From assembly GCA_963718615.1 (NCBI GenBank), contig OY970368.1:1504001-1568000 (forward strand): DNA of 64,000 nucleotides. Direction: 5' to 3'. The stretch's first letter is position 1. Each line of letters opens with the position of its first letter. Positions 9,469 to 19,372 of this stretch are shown here, in pieces. Origin of the DNA: an uncultured cyanobacterium. Its GTDB lineage: Bacteria > Cyanobacteriota > Cyanobacteriia > PCC-9006 > JAAUQQ01. The notes below the pieces were generated by a model. That model was not told where the DNA came from, searched no databases, and was given only the letters and a program-made list of their open reading frames with translations. The position numbers were made by a program, and so were the translations under genes.

Positions 9469-10182
9469 ATGGCACAACCAAAGAGTAAGTTTCTAAAATA
9501 TATCGTGATTGGCACTGTCGTTGCTGGGCTCCTCGTCCTGGCGAAGCAATTTGATCTCCAAACAGTTTTTCACAATGCTCTGCTCTGGGTCGATAGCCTC
9601 GGTGCTTGGGGGCCGATCGCCTTCATCATCATCTATAACCTCGCGACCATTTTGTTCCTGCCCGGATCGCTGCTCACCCTCGGCGGTGGCGTGCTCTTCG
9701 GCGTGGTCAAAGGTTCCCTCTACGTTTTTATGGCTGCCCTCGTTGGAGCCACCCTCGCCTTTTTGATTGGTCGCTACGTGGCGCGGGGCTGGGTCTCGGG
9801 CAAGATTGCCGGGAATCAGAAATTTCGGGTGATTGATGAGGCGATCGCCAAAGAAGGTTTCAAAATCGTTCTCCTCACCCGCCTTTCCCCCATCTTCCCC
9901 TTCAACTTGCTCAACTATGCCCTCGGCCTTACCCAGGTTTCTCTCAAGGATTATGTCCTGGGGTCCTTGGGGATGCTACCGGGAACGATTATGTATGTTT
10001 ATATCGGTTCCTTAGCCGGTAGCCTTGCCACGATTGGCATGGAAACCATCGATCCCCAAACGGCACGCATCCAGTGGATTATCCGCATCGTCGGTTTTAT
10101 CGCCACCGTCGCTGTTACCCTCTACGTCACCAAAGTTGCCAAAAAAGCCCTAGACAACTCGGTTGAAAATGCAACCTTATAA
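9469..10182 (+). CDS. TVP38/TMEM64 (DedA/VTT domain) membrane protein
   Basis: LFLPGSLLTLGGGVLFG and LTRLSPIFPFNLLNYALG motifs. Confidence 0.92.
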   Translation: MAQPKSKFLKYIVIGTVVAGLLVLAKQFDLQTVFHNALLWVDSLGAWGPIAFIIIYNLATILFLPGSLLTLGGGVLFGVVKGSLYVFMAALVGATLAFLIGRYVARGWVSGKIAGNQKFRVIDEAIAKEGFKIVLLTRLSPIFPFNLLNYALGLTQVSLKDYVLGSLGMLPGTIMYVYIGSLAGSLATIGMETIDPQTARIQWIIRIVGFIATVAVTLYVTKVAKKALDNSVENATL

Positions 10183-10289
10183 GCCAATTCAGCAATTTGT
10201 AGGTTATTAAATTCATGATCCTTAGCTAATGATTTGAACCGAAAACCCTCTGCCTACTTTTCCACTCCCCTTTATCCCAAAACATTCCC

Positions 10290-11846
10290 ATGAGCCAGTC
10301 CTACGCCTTCCAATCCCCCGTCGAGTTCCCCCCCTACGATCAATACAATCAGGAACTCATCTCCCACGTTCATCCCCCCAATTGGACCAACCCGCAACCC
10401 GCTAAAATCTATGATTTAGTTGTGATTGGAGCAGGCACCGCTGGCCTAGTTGTTGCCGCTGGAGCTGCTGGTTTAAACCTGGGTCTTAAGATTGCGCTAG
10501 TTGAAAAACATTTGATGGGGGGAGACTGCTTAAATGTGGGTTGTGTTCCTTCCAAATGCGTGATTCGTTCCTCCCGCGTTGCTGCCGATATGCGCAATTC
10601 TCTGCCCTATGGCATTAAACCTCCAGCCCATGTGGACGTCGATTTTGCAGCGGTGATGGAACGGATGCGGAAGCTACGGGCAGGCATTAGCCACCACGAT
10701 TCTGCTAAACGGTTTCAAAACTTAGGAATTGATGTTTTCCTGGGTAATGCTCAGTTTACGGCAGAGGGGCAAGTGCGTGTGGGCGATCGCAATCTCTCCT
10801 ACAAAAAAGCCGTTATCGCCACTGGAGCAAGAGCGGTTCGTCCCTCGGTACCGGGACTGGCAGATGCCGGATTTTTAACCAATGAAACGGTCTTTTCCTT
10901 GACTGAGTTACCCAAACGAATGGCCGTAATTGGCGGCGGCCCCATTGGTTGCGAATTGGCCCAAGCATTTCATCGGCTAGGTTCCCAGGTAACACTAATC
11001 CATAAAAATAGTCATTTGCTCGACAAAGAAGACGCCGATGCCGCTGAAATCGTCCAAAACCAGCTTAAAAAAGATGGCCTAGAATTTGTCCTAGGCGCAA
11101 AGCTAACGCGAGTCGAAACCACCACCGCAGGTAAGGTACTTTACTACGATTTAGGTCATGGTAATACAGGGTCAGTGATGGTCGATGAAATTTTAGTGGG
11201 TGCGGGTCGTCAACCCAATGTGGATGGTTTGGGGCTAGAAACCGTAGGTGTTGAATACGATCGCCGCAAAGGAGTTAAAGTCAACGATTATCTGCAAACT
11301 ACCAATCCCAAAATCTTTGCAGCGGGCGACATTTGCATGGATTGGAAGTTCACCCATGCTGCCGATGCAGCGGCTCGAATTGTCATCAAAAATACGCTAT
11401 TTTCCCCCTTCGGCATGAGTAAATCTAAGCTCAGTAGTCTAACTATGCCCTGGGTCACCTTTACCACTCCTGAAATCGCCCATGTAGGGATGTACGAGCA
11501 AGAGGCCAAACAGCAGGGCATTGAATACGAAACCATTCATATTCCCATGAGTGGGGTGGATCGGGCGATCGCCGACGGAGAAACCGAAGGCTTCCTCAAA
11601 ATCCTGCACCCCAAAGGGTCTGATAAAATTCTAGGAGCCACGATTGTGGCAGACCATGCTGGGGAAATGATTAGTGAAATTACGACGGCGATCGTCACCA
11701 AACAGGGGTTGAAAAAACTATCAGGTGTTATCCATCCCTATCCCACCCAAGCAGAAGTTATTAAGAAAGCAGCAGATGCCTATCGTAGAAAGCTGCTAAC
11801 ACCGACCAATCAGACGCTACTCAAGTTTTTGAGTCGTCTTTCTTAA
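10290..11846 (+). CDS. Pyridine nucleotide-disulfide oxidoreductase (mercuric reductase-like)
   Basis: GAGTAG, GGDCLNVGCVPSK, GGGPIGCE and IHPYPT motifs; no C-terminal CC pair. Confidence 0.88.
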   Translation: MSQSYAFQSPVEFPPYDQYNQELISHVHPPNWTNPQPAKIYDLVVIGAGTAGLVVAAGAAGLNLGLKIALVEKHLMGGDCLNVGCVPSKCVIRSSRVAADMRNSLPYGIKPPAHVDVDFAAVMERMRKLRAGISHHDSAKRFQNLGIDVFLGNAQFTAEGQVRVGDRNLSYKKAVIATGARAVRPSVPGLADAGFLTNETVFSLTELPKRMAVIGGGPIGCELAQAFHRLGSQVTLIHKNSHLLDKEDADAAEIVQNQLKKDGLEFVLGAKLTRVETTTAGKVLYYDLGHGNTGSVMVDEILVGAGRQPNVDGLGLETVGVEYDRRKGVKVNDYLQTTNPKIFAAGDICMDWKFTHAADAAARIVIKNTLFSPFGMSKSKLSSLTMPWVTFTTPEIAHVGMYEQEAKQQGIEYETIHIPMSGVDRAIADGETEGFLKILHPKGSDKILGATIVADHAGEMISEITTAIVTKQGLKKLSGVIHPYPTQAEVIKKAADAYRRKLLTPTNQTLLKFLSRLS

Positions 11847-11986
11847 CCAGTAGGTTGCGAGGGCGATCGCCCACTGGGCATAGCGAGGAATCGCCTCCGC
11901 ATCGTCATAATACCGCGAGAGGGGCGAAAACAAGCCACAATGGTCAACGAGAGGAACTTGATATGTTGTGATTTCTGCGTTGTGAT

Positions 11987-12265
11987 ATGCGTTGTGAACT
12001 GTGCGATCGCGATTGTCCCCAGCTAACCGTTCATCATCTGATTCCGCGCCAATATGCTAGACGCAAAAATCTTGAAATAGGCCCCACAATTGACCTTTGC
12101 GCCCCTTGCCACAAACAGATCCATACACTGTTTGATAACAAACGTCTGGCACAAGAACTCAATTCCATCGAGCGGCTGCGAGCAACCCCCGAGCTAGATA
12201 AATTTCTCGGCTGGATTCGCAAACAAGACCCCGCGAAGCAGGTGCGCGCCTATCGTCATCGTTAA
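11987..12265 (+). CDS. Small HNH endonuclease-like protein
   Basis: CELC...TVHHLIP...LCAPCHKQIH. Confidence 0.85.
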   Translation: MRCELCDRDCPQLTVHHLIPRQYARRKNLEIGPTIDLCAPCHKQIHTLFDNKRLAQELNSIERLRATPELDKFLGWIRKQDPAKQVRAYRHR

Positions 12266-12414
12266 GCCCTCTCCGCATTCCCCCGCAGTTCAAACCGTTG
12301 CCCCAGTCAACTCCGGCAAAAACCCTGAGACCATCGCCAAAATCACCGGGCAATCTAAGCCTAACCTCTGGAAACGCGCCAGAGCCATGACCCAGCATCG
12401 GGGTTAACTCAGGG

Positions 12415-13620
12415 ATGAAACGGACGACCTTTGCACTCATTGCGCTCTCCGGGCTTCTGGGTGCTGGCAGTGCTGCGGGGGCGGTTGGCTATACTCAGCT
12501 TAAAACCGCTCTCCTGCGCCACACCCCATTTTGGGCAAAGCCTCAGCCTGCGATTCCTCACACCTTGGCGGGGCTTGATCTGAGCCAATGGCCTCGACAT
12601 TGCCGAGACCTGCGTCGAGATTTACGTCGAGACCTACACCAAAATTTACGTTTACGCCGAAATCTACGCCGAGAAGCACAGAACAACGCTTCTGCCGCTT
12701 TTAATGCCTCCAACCTCTCCAACCTCTCCAACCTCTCCAACCTCTCCAACCACTCTGCGGGGCCGGTCCAAATTACCTATCAACCCCGCCCCATCCAACC
12801 CTTTGTGGCCCCAGCCTGGAAATTGCGATGGCAGGGTACAACCCTAGCCATTCCAGCAGCCCCCTATCATGAACTGACACTGCTGCGTCGCTCTTCCCAT
12901 GACTTTACCCTAGCCCTGCGGACTGCGGGATCTGACCCAGTTCAAGTTGTCTTAACAACCTTAACCCCCAACCCCACTCCCCCCCCTCTATTGGCCAGTG
13001 CTGCCCTCGCCGGGTTAGCCTCCGAACCCCAGTCAGCCCGTCGAACGCGATCGCCTCAACAACAGGAAAAAAAACAACAGCGCCAAGAGGAACGCTTAGC
13101 GCAGCAACTCTTTGGCGATCGCCTCTCCCAAACCCAGCTCCTCGACCTGGCCTATCACCATCGCCCCGAAGATTTAGACTGTACGCCCGAACAATGGAGC
13201 CATGACATTCCCTTGGCGATCGCCCTAGAAACCAAACGTCAGGAAAAGCCAACACTGATCGCCGCCTATCCCAGCGTGGGCGATCGCCCCGGTCGCGTTC
13301 TCCACCATCGTCGCTGGATCGCCGCTACAACTTTCAGCGAATGGCAAATTCAACTCACCGATCCCAACCGCCCTGCCGAATTGTGGATTTCTTTACCCGA
13401 CACCCATCCCAGTGCTGCGGTAGGATTAGGAGTGGGTCAAGAGAATTGGTGGGAAGCACCCCATCGGCCTAGTTGGCTCGATGCCCTTGAAGGGGTTCTC
13501 GCAAATCCAGCCTCAGCCTCGGCTGAAGATTGGCAGCGGCTGACCGTCAGCTTGCAACAGGCCCACATGAGTCCGCAAAGTTTGGCCGCAGTGCGGGCGA
13601 TCGCCACAAAACAGCCCTAA
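12415..13620 (+). CDS. Hypothetical exported protein
   Basis: Signal-peptide-like N-terminus; long ORF with HIP1 sites; RRDL and SNL repeats. Confidence 0.65.
   Translation: MKRTTFALIALSGLLGAGSAAGAVGYTQLKTALLRHTPFWAKPQPAIPHTLAGLDLSQWPRHCRDLRRDLRRDLHQNLRLRRNLRREAQNNASAAFNASNLSNLSNLSNLSNHSAGPVQITYQPRPIQPFVAPAWKLRWQGTTLAIPAAPYHELTLLRRSSHDFTLALRTAGSDPVQVVLTTLTPNPTPPPLLASAALAGLASEPQSARRTRSPQQQEKKQQRQEERLAQQLFGDRLSQTQLLDLAYHHRPEDLDCTPEQWSHDIPLAIALETKRQEKPTLIAAYPSVGDRPGRVLHHRRWIAATTFSEWQIQLTDPNRPAELWISLPDTHPSAAVGLGVGQENWWEAPHRPSWLDALEGVLANPASASAEDWQRLTVSLQQAHMSPQSLAAVRAIATKQP
12707..12751. repeat. 9-bp tandem repeat (CCTCTCCAA)x4+, in frame
   Basis: Encodes SNLSNLSNLSNLSN. Confidence 0.9.
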
Positions 13621-13889
13621 ACGGTCTCGCCACCCCTCAACGGTTCAGTCGAACCGAACCGCGATCGCGCGGAAATCCGTCGGGCACTCTGCCCGACAAT
13701 GTGAACAATATTGAAATAATATAAATAGTGCTCAACAGAGTGCTCGACAACCGGGTACTCGACAACCGGGACGCCAGCCCACGCTGTCTCCAGGGATTTG
13801 GGAATTCACAGAAAATCGCCCAGAATCCGCTCTGAGTAACGCTTGAAGGTGGTCATCAACGGTAGTAATACTTTTAGTCAAAGACAATC

Positions 13890-15974
13890 ATGAAAGACCT
13901 GACTCGTTATCGCAATATTGGCATCTTTGCTCACGTGGACGCGGGCAAAACGACCACCACGGAGCGGATCCTCAAGCTGACCGGCAAAATCCACAAAATC
14001 GGCGAAGTCCACGAAGGCGCAGCGACCACCGACTTCATGGAGCAGGAACAAGAGCGCGGGATCACGATTCAATCCGCTGCCACCTCCTGCTTTTGGAAGG
14101 AGCACCAGCTCAACATCATCGACACCCCTGGACACGTGGACTTCACTATTGAGGTTTACCGTTCGCTCAAGGTTCTAGACGGGGGGGTCGGGGTGTTCTG
14201 CGCCTCGGGTGGTGTGGAGCCCCAATCCGAGACCAACTGGCGCTATGCCAACGACTCGAAGGTCGCTCGGATTATCTATGTCAATAAGCTGGACCGAATG
14301 GGGGCAGACTTCTTCCGGGTTGCCAAACAGGTCAAAGAGGTTTTGGGTGCAACCCCGCTAATTATGACGCTGCCGATGGGCAGCGAGACTGATTTCGTCG
14401 GTGTGGTGGATCTGCTCACCGAGAAAGCCTGGATTTGGGACGAATCGGGTGATCCGATGAACTACACCATCCAGGAAGTTCCAGCGGACATGAAAGAAGA
14501 TGTCGCCACCTACCGCGAGGCGCTGATCGAGACTGCTGTCGAGCAGGATGATGAGCTGATGGAGAAGTATCTGGAGGGCGAAGAAATCGCCATTGAAGAT
14601 CTCAAGCGTTGTATCCGTAAGGGCACTCGCGATCTGGCATTCTTCCCCACCTATTGTGGCTCTTCGTTTAAGAACAAGGGCGTACAGTTGGTGCTGGATG
14701 CGGTGGTGGACTATCTGCCGAACCCGATGGAAGTCAAGCCCCAGCCGGAAACCGATCTAGAGGGTAACGAAACGGGCAAATTTGCCATCGTTGACCCGGA
14801 GAAGCCGCTGCGGGCGTTGGCGTTCAAGATTATGGACGATCGCTTTGGTGCCCTGACCTTTACGCGGATCTACTCCGGCACCCTCAACAAGGGCGACACC
14901 ATTCTCAATACCGCCACGGGCAAAACCGAGCGAATTGGCCGTTTGGTGGAAATGCATGCGGACTCCCGCGAGGAAATCGACTCTGCCCAGGCCGGGGACA
15001 TCATCGCCATCGTGGGTATGAAGAATGTCCAGACAGGTCATACCCTCTGTGATCCCAAGAACCCGGCGACCCTAGAACCCATGGTTTTCCCGGATCCGGT
15101 GATCTCCATCGCCATCGCCCCGAAGAAAAAGGGCGCGGACGAGAAAATGGGCATGGCCCTTAGCAAGATGGTCCAAGAAGATCCCTCGTTCCATGTGGAA
15201 ACCGACCAGGAAAGTGGTCAAACCATCATCAAGGGTATGGGCGAACTGCACTTAGACATCAAAGTGGACATCCTCAAGCGGACCCACGGGGTGGAAGTGG
15301 AAGTGGGCAAGCCTCAGGTGGCCTATCGGGAGTCGATTACCAAGGCCATCCAAGATACCTACGTCCACAAGAAGCAGTCTGGGGGTTCAGGTCAGTACGC
15401 CAAGATTGACTACACAATCGAGCCCGGTGAGACCGGCAGCGGCTTCCTGTTCGAATCAAAGGTTACGGGCGGCAATGTGCCTCGGGAATATTGGCCTGCG
15501 GTTCAAAAGGGCTTCGAAAACAGCATCGACAAGGGCGTTTTGGCGGGATTCCCCTGCGTAGATCTCAAGATTACGCTCTCCGATGGGGGCTTCCACCCGG
15601 TGGACTCCTCAGCGATCGCCTTCGAAATCGCAGCCCGAGCGGGCTATCGCCAAACCCTACCCAAGGCGGCTCCCCAAATCCTAGAGCCGATCATGAAGGT
15701 GGACGTGTTCACGCCCGATGACTACATGGGCGATGTCATTGGTGACCTCAACCGTCGTCGCGGCATGATCAAGTCCCAGGATGCAGGCGTCATTGGCGTG
15801 CGCATCAAGGCAGATGTGCCCTTGAGCGAAATGTTTGGCTATATCGGTGACCTGCGGACGATGACCTCCGGTCGGGGCCAGTTCTCCATGGAGTTCTCTC
15901 ACTATGCCCCTTGCCCCAGCAACGTGGCCGAAGAGGTGATTAAGGAAGCCAAGGAACGCCAAGCCGCCGGTTAA
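13890..15974 (+). CDS. fusA: Elongation factor G (paralog outside the str operon)
   Basis: [33 protein letters not shown] and [11 protein letters not shown] motifs. Confidence 0.96.
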   Translation: MKDLTRYRNIGIFAHVDAGKTTTTERILKLTGKIHKIGEVHEGAATTDFMEQEQERGITIQSAATSCFWKEHQLNIIDTPGHVDFTIEVYRSLKVLDGGVGVFCASGGVEPQSETNWRYANDSKVARIIYVNKLDRMGADFFRVAKQVKEVLGATPLIMTLPMGSETDFVGVVDLLTEKAWIWDESGDPMNYTIQEVPADMKEDVATYREALIETAVEQDDELMEKYLEGEEIAIEDLKRCIRKGTRDLAFFPTYCGSSFKNKGVQLVLDAVVDYLPNPMEVKPQPETDLEGNETGKFAIVDPEKPLRALAFKIMDDRFGALTFTRIYSGTLNKGDTILNTATGKTERIGRLVEMHADSREEIDSAQAGDIIAIVGMKNVQTGHTLCDPKNPATLEPMVFPDPVISIAIAPKKKGADEKMGMALSKMVQEDPSFHVETDQESGQTIIKGMGELHLDIKVDILKRTHGVEVEVGKPQVAYRESITKAIQDTYVHKKQSGGSGQYAKIDYTIEPGETGSGFLFESKVTGGNVPREYWPAVQKGFENSIDKGVLAGFPCVDLKITLSDGGFHPVDSSAIAFEIAARAGYRQTLPKAAPQILEPIMKVDVFTPDDYMGDVIGDLNRRRGMIKSQDAGVIGVRIKADVPLSEMFGYIGDLRTMTSGRGQFSMEFSHYAPCPSNVAEEVIKEAKERQAAG

Positions 15975-16008
15975 TTCCCAACGCCCATTACAAAACCCCA
16001 CAAAACCC

Positions 16009-16079
16009 GTAGGGACGAACCGCGTTCGTCCTTGCGGTTTGCTAGGCCCCAGCCGGGACGAACGGCTGTTCGTCCCTAC
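16009..16079. repeat. Inverted doublet of GTAG-family REP-like palindromes
   Basis: GTAG-GGACGAAC-CGC-GTTCGTCC, and in the opposite orientation GTAG-GGACGAAC-AGCC-GTTCGTCCC. Confidence 0.75.
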
Positions 16080-16606
16080 AGTTGTGGGATTTGGTCTACA
16101 AACCCTAGGGATTCGCCTTTTCCGGCATGGGCGATCGCTAGGGTTTCGTACTTGCGGGCATGTTCAATTAATTCTGCGGCTTCTGTTTCCGAGAGGGATT
16201 TTTTCACCTGGCCAGGAATGCCAAGGACAAGCGATCGCGGCGGTACATCCTTCGTCACCACGGTACCTGCCCCCAAAATACTACCCGCACCCACCCGGAC
16301 TCCATTGAGAACGATCGCCCCAATTCCCACCAAGACGCCCCGTTCAATATGGGCCGAATGAATCACCGCCCGATGGCCCACGGTCACATAATCTTCCAAC
16401 ACCGTCGGCACCCCCGGATCGCAGTGCAAAATCGCCCCATCCTGGACATTGCTATGGGCACCGACCGTAATTTTTTCTAAATCTCCACGAATGACGGCCC
16501 CCGGCCACACACTCACCCCAGTTTCCAGAACCACACAGCCCATCACCGTTGCAGCCGGTGAAACATAGGCAGCAGCAGCCAGATCCGGCTCAGGCCAAAG
16601 GGACAT
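16076..16606 (-). CDS. Gamma carbonic anhydrase family (YrdA/PaaY-like) protein
   Basis: AVIRGD, SNVQDGAILH and TVGHRAVIH hexapeptide motifs; start may be 16606 or 16630. Confidence 0.92.
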   Translation of the reverse strand: MSLWPEPDLAAAAYVSPAATVMGCVVLETGVSVWPGAVIRGDLEKITVGAHSNVQDGAILHCDPGVPTVLEDYVTVGHRAVIHSAHIERGVLVGIGAIVLNGVRVGAGSILGAGTVVTKDVPPRSLVLGIPGQVKKSLSETEAAELIEHARKYETLAIAHAGKGESLGFVDQIPQL

Positions 16607-16672
16607 TGTCAAAGCTCCAGATTCCATCAATATTGGGGCTCATCTATAATAGATTTCATCTGCCCCTAAGGA

Positions 16673-17197
16673 GTGACACGGTACCCGATGTTCGACTCGA
16701 TTTCCCAGTTCCCGATTTTTGGTCCGGAAATTCGATGTCCCCATTGTCGGCAAGTAATTCCGGCACTGACGCTTACGGATACGTACCTTTGCCCGCGCCA
16801 TGGGGCCTTTGAAGCGGACCCCAAGACAGAGGATTTGGTGCATTTGCAGTCCGGTCGGCATTGGCGGCTGTGGGAGGAAGAATGGTATCGCCAACATACC
16901 CATGCCGATGGGATTCGGTTTGAAATCCATGAAGCGCTCGATCGCCTCTATACCCAAGGTTTTCGGGCCACTCGGGTGATTATTGCCGAGCGCTACGAAA
17001 GCCTGATTAGCTCCTACTTTCAGCGCAGTACCCCCTGGCAAGGTCATCACGAGGATAAATCTCCCCGACTCTATGGATTGCCGGTGGAATTTAGTCCAGC
17101 TGCCGAGGACAACCCCTGTTGGGGCGTGATTAATTTTGATTTAGAAAAAGAACCGGGTGTCCCGGTTCACTATCGCTACTTTCGCTTGTCCGAATAA
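16673..17197 (+). CDS. TIGR02652 family cyanobacterial protein
   Basis: PIFGPEIRCPHCRQVIPALTLTDTYLCPRHGAFEA. Confidence 0.88.
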   Translation: MTRYPMFDSISQFPIFGPEIRCPHCRQVIPALTLTDTYLCPRHGAFEADPKTEDLVHLQSGRHWRLWEEEWYRQHTHADGIRFEIHEALDRLYTQGFRATRVIIAERYESLISSYFQRSTPWQGHHEDKSPRLYGLPVEFSPAAEDNPCWGVINFDLEKEPGVPVHYRYFRLSE

Positions 17198-17206
17198 GTA
17201 CGGCCC

Positions 17207-17638
17207 ATGCACCACGCCTCTATCCGGACTGCCGATATTCACCGGGCGATCGCCTTCTACGGATTGCTAGGGTTCGAGCTGGAGGTGCAGTTTACTACGG
17301 GCTACACCTTGGCCTGCTGGATGACGGGGCTCGGGGGGCGGATTGAACTGATTCAGATTCCTCAGCCGGCTCCAACGCCGGATGCCTTTGGGGATGAACA
17401 TTACACGGGCTACTATCATTTGTCCTTTGACCTCACCCCCCAAACCCACAGTCTGCCCGTCTGGTTGAAAACCGTGCAAAAGCGGTTTACCGATGCTACC
17501 GAGACCCTGCCGCCGTTGGCGGTTTTGCTAGCGCCCCAACAGCAAATGATTGGCGATCGCCTCTACGAAGTCACCTTCATCGCCGATGCCGATGGCCTGC
17601 CGCTGGAGTTTATCCGGGAACTGGACCATGGTGGATAA
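17207..17638 (+). CDS. VOC/glyoxalase family protein
   Basis: MHHASIRT...YYHLSF...FIADADGLPLEF. Confidence 0.88.
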   Translation: MHHASIRTADIHRAIAFYGLLGFELEVQFTTGYTLACWMTGLGGRIELIQIPQPAPTPDAFGDEHYTGYYHLSFDLTPQTHSLPVWLKTVQKRFTDATETLPPLAVLLAPQQQMIGDRLYEVTFIADADGLPLEFIRELDHGG

Positions 17639-19163
17639 AGCCCCGAGCGATCGCCCAGGAGAGTCGTCCGGGGGCCGTGAACCCAAGATTTTGCCCTTTG
17701 CAGATAACTGGACCTATATCAAAACCGAGTTGCAGTGGCTCGATCGACTGTTGCTCTTGGCGGTGGGCAAGCATCGGCGGGAGCGGCGAGAAACCGATCG
17801 GATTAGCCATAGTCAGCGCGATCGCCTGACGCGGCACTGGTGGAAAGGTATTGTTACTTTAGATACTCCACCCGTCTACGACGACGTGCGTCCGGCGGTC
17901 ACGGATGCCCCGAGCAACTATCAGCAGCAGCTCGAAGCCCGAATTCGGGCCAGCCAAAATCAAGGGGTTATTCTGGGATTACCGGCCCTGCGCGATCGCC
18001 TCTCCCTCAGCCTTTTCGAGAAAAATGTGGTGCTTTTGGGACTCGCGCCGGAGGTCAACCAGCGCTACGGTCGTCTCTACGGTTTTTTGCAAGAGAGCGA
18101 AACCACGACGCTGCCCCAGTTTGACCTGGCGCTAAAGTTGCTGTGTCGCAATGATCAAGAGTGGCAGAAGGCCCGTCTCCGTCTCGCCGAAACCTCTCCC
18201 CTGGTTCAAACAGGGCTCCTGCAATTTGTCGCAGCGGCGGACCAGCCCCTGTTGACCCATGCCCTCAAACTTTCAGATACCCTCGTCAACTATCTGCTCA
18301 GTAGTCCCCTAGAACCTGGAAAACTCGAAACGATTCTGCAAAATCTCTCTCCTCCGTCCGGCTCTCCTGGGTTGTCTTCGCCTCCGGCTGTGCCTGCCCT
18401 TTTATCCCCCACCCCCACCCCTCTGGTTCCGCCCTTCCCCACCCCGCAACAGCCTCCGGCCATAGCCTGGGACCAGCTCGTGGTGCCGCGATCGCTCAAA
18501 CAGGAACTCCAACACCTCAGCCAACGCTTGATGCTTCTGGCCCTAGAGCCTCTGCCGGCAACCATGGCCCATGCCCCCGGTACGGTTGTTGTCTGCTCAG
18601 GTCCCCAGGGCACGGGAAAGACGATGGCCACCCACGCGATCGCCCACGCAGCCCAGACCCAGCTCACCACCGTTGCCCTGCATCGCTATAACCCCATCGG
18701 CCTGACGCTGCTGTTGGCACAACTTCTCCAGCAGTCACCGACCCTTTTGCTGTTTCAAGAGGCTGAGCTCCTCTGGGGTCCCCAAAGCCCGGTGGCTTCG
18801 CATCTGCTCGAAGAATTTTGGCGGCAGCGACAGGCCCGCCCCTGCTTGACGATTCTGAGCACAACCCTTCCGGCTCGGATTGCCCGCAACTGGCTGCAAC
18901 GCTGCGATCGCGGTCTCGATTTTCCCCGTCCCGACACCGAAGCGCGCACCCAGCTCTGGCGACAGGCTTTTCCGCCCGAGGTGTTGCTCGATCGACGGAT
19001 TTCTTGGTCCCAGCTAGCACATCAGGGCAAACTCACCGGGGGACAGATTCAGGCGATCGCCCGTGACGCCTTGCTCTACGCCAAAACCGAGCAGAAAACC
19101 CGGATTACCCTGAGCCACATTCAGCGCGCCTGGGCTCAGCAGCCCCGATGGGACAGACTCTAG
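17628..19163 (+). CDS. AAA+ ATPase-like protein with degenerate Walker B
   Basis: GPQGTGKT, LLFQEAE, FPRPDTEARTQLW and LTGGQI motifs; ATG 17628 overlaps the VOC stop. Confidence 0.8.
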   Translation: MVDKAPSDRPGESSGGREPKILPFADNWTYIKTELQWLDRLLLLAVGKHRRERRETDRISHSQRDRLTRHWWKGIVTLDTPPVYDDVRPAVTDAPSNYQQQLEARIRASQNQGVILGLPALRDRLSLSLFEKNVVLLGLAPEVNQRYGRLYGFLQESETTTLPQFDLALKLLCRNDQEWQKARLRLAETSPLVQTGLLQFVAAADQPLLTHALKLSDTLVNYLLSSPLEPGKLETILQNLSPPSGSPGLSSPPAVPALLSPTPTPLVPPFPTPQQPPAIAWDQLVVPRSLKQELQHLSQRLMLLALEPLPATMAHAPGTVVVCSGPQGTGKTMATHAIAHAAQTQLTTVALHRYNPIGLTLLLAQLLQQSPTLLLFQEAELLWGPQSPVASHLLEEFWRQRQARPCLTILSTTLPARIARNWLQRCDRGLDFPRPDTEARTQLWRQAFPPEVLLDRRISWSQLAHQGKLTGGQIQAIARDALLYAKTEQKTRITLSHIQRAWAQQPRWDRL

Positions 19164-19316
19164 ACGGGCTCTGGTGCTTGCGTATTTAAATCGATTAATG
19201 TATAAATTAAAATTCTTTTTTCGGATAAATACGTGTTATCCCGAGGATCTCAGGGCATACTAGAAAAGCAACTTTGTTTGCTTCCCAGTTTGAGTAGGTT
19301 AGCATCCACCCTCTTT

Positions 19317-19349
19317 AAAAGCGCGTACCTTGCATAGGGACGCGCTTTT
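19317..19349. terminator. Bidirectional intrinsic terminator
   Basis: AAAAGCGCGT-ACCTTGCATAGGG-ACGCGCTTTT between convergent genes. Confidence 0.8.
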
Positions 19350-19372
19350 CTGTTGGGTCACTGGGAGTTGGT

